Assembly: GCA_964016885.1 (NCBI GenBank)
Contig: OZ024743.1
Span: 3,782,001 to 3,846,000 of the forward strand
Source: Eledone cirrhosa
Taxonomy: Eukaryota
Reading direction: 5' to 3'
Length of the DNA: 64,000 nucleotides
The notes beneath the pieces were generated by a model. That model had not been told where the DNA came from and searched no databases. It worked only from the letters and a program-made list of their open reading frames with translations. Below are positions 54,238 to 64,000 of the stretch, piece after piece. How positions within the stretch are numbered: the stretch's first letter is position 1; each line of letters begins with the position of its first letter. The translations under genes were made by a program, and so were the position numbers.

Positions 54238-55031
54238 GTTCTGGCTTGTTAATTCATTAACTTGCCATTGAACCACACTTGCATACGGTTGGACTACACT
54301 TGTATCCCTATGTGTATTATTTACATGTAGGAACACATAATCTTTTATATATATAAAAATAGATAAAATAAATTCATACATGAGAAAATGAAAATAGAAA
54401 ACAACGTAAGCGAAGTAAGCATAGAATTGAACAACTTGTATGTGCATATACGATCTGAGGCTGAGTGGACCTGTCTGTCTATCTAATCATTTCCTTCCTC
54501 ACATATTATACCAACATAGATATTGATTTCTCCGTTGTACGAGCAGTTCATTTACGGGGTACTTTTAGTTAAATCGTCGAAACCACAGACGGTCTAAAAG
54601 CTAATGATAAATTTAAATGTTTGTGTGATCTTCTTTCGTCCATTTTATTCCCCCCTCTATTCACTACAAATGTAACACAACCTAAGCATATGTCAAATGC
54701 AGATTTATTAGCGTATTATCTGTTACACCCCTGCCATAAACTCGAATAAATCTGGTATGTTGATTGGTCTCGACGATTTATCCTGATCTATCTGCCACAT
54801 TATTTGCTCACAAGTTCACCAATGTCTAAAAGAACAAATATACAGTGATTTAACGAAATTCTATTATCTTATTCTGATGAGCTACATAATATATGTAGGT
54901 TTCAATTCAGTGCATTGAAATCGAGGACTCTATAGTACTATTATTCTGATCCAGCTTGTGGTAGTGATAATTACGAAACGGATGCAAGGAAACACGTGAA
55001 AAATATAATAGTTCCATTATACTTACTCTGG

Positions 55032-55125
<94 letters not shown>

Positions 55126-55463
55126 ATAAAGACATGATTTCTACAGGAATAGAATTGTTTCGTTCATACGAAACAGTTAGGAAAGTCCTGATAATTTCCT
55201 ATGAATGTAGAAGTCATTTCTATATAAAATAAAGATGTAAGTATCTTTTATAATTGGGATCACTTCCCGATCCCCATCGGGATTTCACTCATAATGATAT
55301 ATGTGCGACAGTAGCTATAACCCGAAAAGAAGAAAAGATCAACATCATCGGTAACTACTGAGTCGCAGATTTATGTCCGAGTTATCGCAGTTTCCTGAGT
55401 TGCCTTCTCCTAGAGGAATGCCCTGACAAAGGCTAGAGGTCCTTCACTCCCAGTGGTTTAACC

Positions 55464-55606
55464 ATACATACATACACGCATACATACATACATACATACA
55501 TACATACATACATACATACATACATACATACATACATACATGCATACATAATACATACATACATACATACATGCATACATAATACATACATACATGCATA
55601 CATACA
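55464..55606. repeat. (CATA)n microsatellite
   Basis: Seen directly. Confidence 0.96.
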
Positions 55607-56394
55607 CACACATAATACAGGCACACTTGGTATCTTAAACAATGTTTAGCTTTTTAACTATTTAATTCATTAAGTATCCATACCGGTTTCACAATTTTCT
55701 GTTCTTCAATGTTAAATAAAAGGAGATGAAATTCTCAAAGAAAACGAATTTTTATGATTAACCTTTGAAGAAATACCAAATATTTGATAAATTACATGGT
55801 ATAGCCATGAATGTTCAAATTTCCAATAGTCCCTGATGGAAATTTATTAATTAGTTAAAGCTTAAATACAATGAAATCAGATGAAAATATTTTAATCAAA
55901 AGAATTACACGCAGTGTCGGCACTCGTCTCAGGTTCTATGTTTCGGGCTTATATTTCGAGCTTTCACTATATTTCGAACTCATATCGTATATATAATTAG
56001 GTATCAGCCATGACGACATGTGTTCACATCCTGATTGGCTTGCAAGTCAATGACGTAATTTGCTTTTGTCTACCTGCTGCTTAGCGTTTTGGATGGCTGA
56101 CTATCTGATGATTATACCTGTTTTTCCAATGTTCTGGTTGGCTGAACTCTTAATAATGCCTTTGTTTGTTTTTCCTTTTCTTACAAATTCAGAGATTGTT
56201 TCGTCCATAAAGAAAATTTAATTGGTCAATTTAAGAATGATGTCAATTGTTTTTGTAGATGGCTCTACTAACGTGTTTTATACATCATTGTCCAATGTTT
56301 TGGATGGTTGACTACCTGAAAATGACATTTGATTTTGATAGTTATGGTTGACTGGTTATCCAAAATGACGTTTTTCTTCCATTTTAGGTTTTAA

Positions 56395-56540
56395 TCTCCT
56401 TATAATATATAATCAGCAATTTCTCTGTCTGTCTGTCTGTCCGACAGTGGAAACACGTGCACGCGTGCGAATGTTTTTTGCGCACGCGTAGAGAGAGAGT
56501 GAGAGTGAAAGAAAGAGACAGACTACGAGAGGGGGATAGC

Positions 56541-56605
<65 letters not shown>

Positions 56606-56980
56606 GACGCTAAAACACCTGCTCGCGTGCGAATGTTTTTTGCGCACGCGTAGAGAGAGAGTGAGAGTGAAAGAAAGAGACAGACTACAAGAGGGGGATA
56701 GCGGGAGGGAGAGAGGGGGGAATTGAGGAGTGCTACAGAAACATATATACATTTCTGTGTGTGTGTAATATATATACACACACACAGAAATATATATATA
56801 TACACACAGAAATATATATACATTTCTGTGTGTGTAATATATATATATATACACACAGAAATATATATACATTTCTGTGTGTGTAATATATATATACACA
56901 CAGAAATATATATACATTTCTGTGTGTGTAATATATATATATACTAGCAGAAAACCACCCGGCGGGTGGTTTTCTGCTAG
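56395..56980 (+). mobile_element. Helitron-like element A, second copy
   Basis: Matches 48556-49020; ends in the palindrome ctagcagaaaaccacccggcgggtggttttctgctag. Confidence 0.62.
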
Positions 56981-57804
56981 TCTATATCTATATAAAACTG
57001 AGGTTGTCCGTCTGTCTGTCTACTAAAACGGTCGGCACACATCTCCGTACGTTCAAATTTCGGTGAAATTGCTACACTTATAGATGAAGATCCGGCGGGG
57101 ACATCGGTCAAAACATTTTTCAAATCGACCCACGCCAAGTGCAAAAATCGAATTTGTAATGTATTGATTTTTCAGTTCAAATGTATAGAGATGAGAGACG
57201 AGTTATTTCCCTTTTATGGCGTCATTTGTTCGAACAAACTACGCGTACAAAAATACGCGAACAGTTTTCAGGCCAGCAAAATTTTAACCTGCAAAATTCA
57301 TGAGTTCGAAGTTTCAGCATTAAGCTTCCATTTTGCTTCATTTCCATTAAAAAGTCTTTTAAAACAATATTTCAGCGCATCAGCCTCGCCGTCACCCGAG
57401 GCAACGCTGCGAGTGTGCTGGCTTGCCTCAAAATTAGAGAGGTTGCCCAGTACTCGCGACGTTGCTGACTTTTGCTCTGGTGTTGGCTCCGTTGTTCAGC
57501 CCTTCCTTTGCATTTTCTTTAATATTGTAGTTTATGTATACATTTAAAATATATTTGTTATGTTATTCTACTGTAAATTTATTTATATGCTCTGTTTATA
57601 CCCTCAAAAATCTATGAAACTACATACATGTTGCAACTCTCTCTCTCTATATATATATCACACACACACATATACATATACATCTAGAGAGAGAAAGAGA
57701 GATGGAGAGAGAGAGAGTGTGATAAGTCGTTATACAGAGAGAAGTACAAGATAATCAGATAGAGAGACAGAGATAGAGAGAGAGAATGGCGACGAACGCT
57801 GGTT

Positions 57805-57835
<31 letters not shown>

Positions 57836-57852
57836 ATATATATAAAGAGAGA

Positions 57853-57892
<40 letters not shown>

Positions 57893-58992
57893 CGTTCTTT
57901 ATTGTTCTCCATTCTGTAGGAGGAAGAGGGAGAGAGAGGGGGTATGAGTGAGTGAGAGAAAGAGAGAAAGAGAGAGAGAAGGGTTGAGAAAGTTTAAGGA
58001 AAGAATCGCTGCTTTCATCATTAACGGGATCTTAAACTAATAAATTCTATCTGTGGACGCAGAATTAAATATTTTGAGAAACGTTGCAACCGAAGGAAAA
58101 CAGGAAGACGATATTTTGGTTCGTGAAGACGTTCCCTGGTAAAGTATGGAAACAAAGCGAGGATAATACGTCGTTATGTGGACCGAGAAGAACAATTTCA
58201 TGCAAATACAAGACCAAATTTATGGTGTAAATGGAGTCGTTAGACTAATATTCTATTTAAAAATTTAAAATAACCGAATGATTTCCGGCCCCGGAGTTTA
58301 AGAATGATGTAAATAAAATTGTAAACGAAAATGACAGAGGTTATTAAAATAGTTGTTTCTACTTTTGGCACAAGGCCAGCAATTACCCAGTACATTACTG
58401 GTACCTTATTTTATCGACCCCGTAAGGATGAAAGGCAAAGTTAACCTCGACGGGATTTTAACTTTGCCTTAAAATAGTAAAAGTAAATAGTGAAGATTTA
58501 GGCCAGTACATACGTATGCGCCGACGGACATACACATACATACGCACACACAAATACACACACACGCGTGTGTGTGTGTAAACCTTATGCATTTCTACAG
58601 TATTTTCACCAAACTTAAGACATAGGTTACTTATGTACTTCGGATGGTCATGGGCACTTTCATTTTTCCAGATATTGATTATAGGGCCTCCCGGTAGATA
58701 ACCCCCTTTAACCACTTCCTTGGAGTCGACTGAAGCACTGCAGTGCAATGCAACAAAACGTCATAACTTCTGGAGTTCGCAACCGATTTTCACAAAATTT
58801 GACACATGAGCTACGTTTGTTCTACAGATGAATGTGAACTTCCAGAATTGGCACATATTGAGTAGGGGACCCCTGGGGCAGGAACCCCCTTTTGGAAAAA
58901 AACGATGATTTTGTAAAAGTATAGTTTTCCAAGCAGCACTGAAGTATTGACATAAATGGTATACATAACTGGTATTTAATACACTCTGCTAG
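56981..58992 (+). mobile_element. Helitron-like element B relative
   Basis: 5' TCTATATCTATATAAAACTGAGG; candidate 3' end ctgCTAG|T at 58992, hairpin unclear. Confidence 0.45.
58352..58459 (-). mobile_element. 5'-truncated SINE
   Basis: SINE 3' half; ttaaaatagt on both flanks. Confidence 0.88.
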
Positions 58993-59177
58993 TCGTGAAT
59001 AAAATTAAAATGGTCAATTAAGGGATGACGTCTGTTGTTTTGTGGATGGTATTCTTATTGTAAAAAATATAATTACAGTTGACGATAGGCATGTTAGGCA
59101 TGCTGGTAATCAATATATTTCCTTCTGGCTGACAATACATACACACTCACATACACACACACGCCCCCCCCCCACAG

Positions 59178-59245
<68 letters not shown>

Positions 59246-59296
59246 TTCTGAAAGAATTTCTTTCGTTTCTGCCACTGTCCACTGTCCTCATTCTAT

Positions 59297-59330
59297 TTTA
59301 TGAAGAAGGACTAGCGTCCGAAACGTTAAG
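59297..59330 (+). ncRNA. Degenerate minimal hammerhead (PLE pLTR type)
   Basis: aTGAAGA-a-ggac(tagc)gtcc-GAAA-cg-TT-aag; first core C replaced by A; near (TA)n. Confidence 0.5.
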
Positions 59331-60269
59331 TCGCTGTTTCTATTATATCAAGCGTAAAGCAAATATATTTTTTCATTATACTGTGTCGTTTGCTTTGTTA
59401 TTTCTGTATGTGCATGCGCGTGTATGAATGCATAATTCTGTCTTTATATATAAATTATGCCCACGTTTCAGTGAATGCTTATCTTTATCTACTTATATGG
59501 GGAATATCTGTATTCTCTGTTATAACTTCCACAACCTTCGTATAATATTATGGATCTATGTGTATGTCTATACCCGCGTTTATCTTCCACACTTGTCACT
59601 ATATCGCTAAGTGTGTCTGCTATCTTGGTTGTCCATCGTAAACGATGATGACCTCTTCTTTATTGTTGTTCCCGTCTGCCGTAGGCACGAAGGTGGCTGT
59701 GGAGGCCGATCCTTGACTTGCAGGTCCGGGGACAGTGGGGGCAGGGGAAGAGACCGGAGTCAGACTGGCAACTCCGGAGGTTACCTCCACCTCTCGCCCA
59801 TCGCCGCAGGGCTTTGGAAGTGCACGCTAAAGAAGAAACCTGTGCGGGAAAGGTTTATAGTGGGAGGGTGAGTGCACAGTGACGGTTCCACTCACTCGGC
59901 CACAGAAGCCAGAATCCGTATGTGTATATACATATTTACACATTTTTGGATGGCTGTTGACTCTTATGAGTTCTTCCGCCCTTTGTCACGATTTGTTTTT
60001 TGGCCTGCAGGGTGTCCAAAATCACCCTCTTCATCAAGAAAACTTGGTGGGGTTGCCAGTTTAGTTGCCGACGACCCGACCATGCGACAGGTTGTTACCA
60101 GTAGCACTCAAGAGTGACCTGACATATCTCCTATACCCTGAGATTATTTTGCCACTCGTCATTAGACAGTGATTATTCTATTCCTGTTCTCTATTGAGAG
60201 TAGGATTATGCCTGTGCACTCTTGAATATCTAATCGTAAGTGTCATACTATTGCAGAAAGAATTCGAAA

Positions 60270-60348
<79 letters not shown>

Positions 60349-61849
60349 CAATCGGCACATAATGCGAAATCTAAATATATGTATTGAGAGATTGATTTGT
60401 TCTCGCATAACTATTAGTTTCGTTGTCATAAACAAGTCAATGCAACTCTCACATGTGATCGAAATATGTGACTGAGAGTAAACTCATAACTGGCTAGTGT
60501 GATTTCGTAGAAAATTCCATTTGTAGTTTCAGTTGACATGTTGAGGTGAATGACAAAAGATTTTGACAAAAGATTTTGTTTCTTGATGAATGCGGGAAAA
60601 TGAACATTTTAGCAGTGTAAAAAATGTAACACGCTTGAACGGTGGCTGTCTAGTAATCATATTTAAACAAATATTTCTTTTCTAAGCTGCTTTCATATTT
60701 ATATACAGTGAAATATTTTGACAATTTTCTGGCTACTAGGCTCAATGACATAACTTTTTTTGTCACCTGCATAAAATTTATTTACAGTAGTAAATTGATG
60801 TTCTTTATAGTAAAAACAATTTAAGAGAAAAAGAAAAAAATAGTTAGCTTGTCCCTCTATATCGAATATATATATACATATATTACATAAAGAAAATCTC
60901 AGGCTTCCCCCATCACATACACATACGTTTTGTAAATTATTTGGGTCCAAATCCTATCCCTCCCACTTTCAATCTTTGTCTTTACATATCTGGTTCTCCA
61001 ATTTTTACCATCCATTCTCTTTCTTAAAGGAACTCCATCCGTGTATCTTCTTTTTAACGGCAGTCTAATCGTATCCATTTACTTTCTCTTACAACGGTGA
61101 TTCAACGTTGTCCACCAATTTTTTTTTAATGGTGCGTGAATCGGCTCCATCTGCTCTCTATTTTTAATGATCATCGACCATCTTTTTCAAATATTTCAAA
61201 GCGATATTTTTAACGTGATCCACTGGTTACTATCCAGGAGAATTAGAACGAATCTCATTCAACAAAAGGGCTATCCATTCAATGAATTATTTGCATGACA
61301 ACCCTGAAAATAAGTATTATCAAATATATAGCTCACTTCATAAGCTTTCACGTGCAGTGAGAATAATATGGAATTAGGCATATTCTAGGCATGATATATC
61401 CATGACAGCAAGATGTTTGCAGAGTTCAATATAGAACGAATGAAATATAAACAGTGTATCAGATAAAATATATGCATGCAAAAGTACCATAATTCTCATT
61501 TTACAAACTGTTAATCTAATCAATTCAGGGCATTATTTTATGATCAACGTATAATTTATATATCTGACAAAACAATTCTAGAGTTTACATCAAGGTTATA
61601 TAGACTAAATACCATATATCATATAAAATATTACATTGTATGTTTTCTTCAAAATTAAATATATAGGTAATCATATATTAATTACTGTATTGTCTATGTT
61701 TATATTTAATTCTCAATAATATATTTTATTCAATCGGTCCCATTATATAATTTACTGGAAATTTAAAATTATTATATTTTGTGATGTAATTATTGCAAGG
61801 CATTCATATAGCGCTTTAGAGCTAATTCACAGTCATATAATTATTGATA

Positions 61850-62700
61850 ATAGTAATTTCTCACAACACCAAACATGTCCTGAGAGAAAGAGATTGGTAT
61901 ACTTGATTAAATCACATCCAGTATTGGCCTGCTATGGTAAACCTCAATATTAAACTTGGGCAGTGTTTGACACAGAACATTTGTACGAAATAATATACCG
62001 TTGGGAATTTTGTTTGATAAGTTTCTATGTTTGTCAATTATAATAGTTTTAAATCTTAATTTGAAATTATAAATCGATGAAAACCGATTTGTCATTGTAA
62101 CAGCCACTTTTGAGCCACTAGCACTTTACAACATAGATTAGTCTACTGAATCTGTGCTCTCCAACATGTTTCACTAATAATTTTCATAAAGATAGATGGA
62201 TGCAACATTTTGTCAATGTAATTTATCACATCGGGTATTGATTATTCCTTATAGTACAAGTATATTTATAAAAATCAAGTGCTTTTATTCACAAATCAAG
62301 ATGATATTTTTAGAATCTACTTGATAAAGTTGTTTATATTTCCGAGTCAAATATATTGTTGTATTTTTAAATTATCTTTTGTCAATATAAATTAAGGTTC
62401 ATTTATAACAGCAACGAATTAATCATAGCTATCATGGTTTTCTTTAAATAGAAGTTACAATAAAATATTATTTGCATTATCGATGTTTCATTGAATTACA
62501 ATTGCATTTTCATCAGTATTGACATGGACAATGCATAACCTTGCGCGTTCTTGTTGTTGGGGGATTTGTCTATTAACTATATTTATGGTTTAGTTTGATG
62601 AACTGAAGCGCCATTACATTCGTAAGGGCCCCCCGAGACTGTTTAAACTAAAGGACAAGAACACGATTCACTAGCGGCGTAAGTCATAACTAATAAAATC
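61850..62700 (-). pseudogene. Possible highly decayed PLE ORF
   Basis: Minus strand LIYVVKC near 62120-62140 resembles the PLE GIY motif LIY.I.C; hammerhead candidate upstream. Confidence 0.3.
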
Positions 62701-62943
62701 GCAAACCATAACTCTGGTTTTATGCTTGTAATATGGTAAACTACGTTAAAAGAACCCAAGGTCAGGTGATATTTTAAAACCAGACAGCCGATTGCGTCAA
62801 TTCATTATCTTATATCTGTATCTATAGAAAAAATTAACGGAGACTACGAAAAAATATGTATGAAGTAGCACAGTTTTAGTATATAGACATGTAAATATAT
62901 CAAGTGTTTATTTCCCAATGAACTGGAAAATATTATAATAAAT

Positions 62944-62986
62944 ATTTTAACAGATTTTCAGGCCTAAGTGGGCTTTCATCAGAAAT
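62944..62986 (-). ncRNA. Candidate minimal hammerhead
   Basis: attt-CTGATGA-aagcc(cactta)ggcct-GAAA-a(tctg)t-TA-aaat; weak stem III. Confidence 0.45.
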
Positions 62987-63229
62987 CATGTTTATCATCT
63001 AAATGACTAAAACGAAATACACAACCTAGGAGTTTATCTACTCGATCACTCCTAGTAGTATCTGAAATGGATGTACAAAATGATAACAGGTTAAATATAT
63101 TTATCATTTTTTCACTTTTCAGGAAATATGTATCTAGCGTGTTTACATGTTGATATAAACAAAAATGTGTAAATTTCAAAGGCACGTTTACGCAGTCTCA
63201 GTTACCTCTATATTAGAGATATAACGTTA

Positions 63230-63800
63230 TTGTTACATTCGACATTTTGAGCCCCCCTCCCCGACCACCAGAACAACAAAACAAAACCGACATAAGCAAA
63301 ATCGGCAACACTACTAGCATCAAGACCACCACCACGACCCCTACACCACCAATACCACCTCCAATACACCCTACACCACCACCACCACCACAGCAAGAAA
63401 TACAACAGAAAAAAAAACAACAACAATATCAGTGACAAGTACATTAACAACAAAAAGGCAACAGCAACATGAAAAACACCAACAATAGCAACAACATTAA
63501 AAACAAAAATATATCTGCAGCAACGACTGGAAAAGTACAATATGATCGTTTTCCAAAAAAGACTCTTGTTTGCCACAAATGAACAAACTAATCAAATTAG
63601 AAAAATACATTTTACCTCACCCCAACGCACACTCAAGAAAACAGAGAGAACACGCCCACAGCAGATACAGACACATCTACAACACTAACGCCACCAAAAC
63701 CACCACGACCGCCAACGCAACTATCACTACTGTCACGACTAAGACTATCGCAACCACAACCACAACCACCCATAAGAACAACACAGGCATGTAGACACAC
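63230..63800 (+). mobile_element. Probable decayed Tx1-like ORF1 region
   Basis: Thr/Pro-rich, A/C-skewed sequence; 63640-63720 resembles the reverse complement of 10150-10230. Confidence 0.4.
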
Positions 63801-64000
63801 AGAAGCAGCAACAATTAACAACACACACACACACATGCACACGCGCACACGCACATACCCCATACCCCCATACCCCCCACACCTAGTTTTGTGCTAGTGA
63901 GAATGAGAATCAAGAACTAACGTCCATAATAGCAGAAAAGGAGGACATAGAAAGTGAAGATATTTAGTACCAGTACGTTGAAGGTGCCAGAAATACTAAA

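Noticed and set aside
55826-55926. Possible decayed hammerhead (agtcc-ctgatgg...gtc-ggcact)
   Set aside because: Both core halves are mutated, so it cannot be supported
59611-60120. GC-rich segment with short ORFs as a possible host exon
   Set aside because: No recognisable protein motif or consistent splice pair; more likely an unidentified repeat
62470-62520. Minus-strand CTGATGA...GAAAC motif
   Set aside because: Stems I and II do not pair convincingly

Overview
AT-rich, repeat-saturated eukaryotic DNA with no recognisable host exon. The dominant tRNA-derived SINE resembles octopod SINEs as I recall them, so this is probably an intron or intergenic region of an octopod cephalopod. Contents: (i) about 15 copies of a SINE with an (ATT)n tail; (ii) a Tx1/L1-clade LINE family, with one near-full-length internally deleted copy at 29.6-34.5 kb plus several fragments; (iii) an R4/Dong-like restriction-like-endonuclease LINE at 35.7-39.3 kb plus a fragment; (iv) RTE fragments, a solo LTR and tandem non-autonomous Helitron-like elements; (v) several Penelope-like element (PLE) remnants that form fold-back inverted repeats and carry type I hammerhead ribozyme motifs, several with unusually large stem II insertions. 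Two results stand out. First, the SINE shares its 3' tail and its ATTA-starting target site with the Tx1-like LINE, which suggests a Tx1-mobilised SINE. Second, hammerhead-bearing palindromes recur next to microsatellites, and one sits in an 11.6-kb nest of four retroelement classes inside an (AAT)n tract bounded by an inverted repeat. Most listed ORFs are microsatellite artefacts. All alignments and folds were done by eye, and boundaries are approximate.
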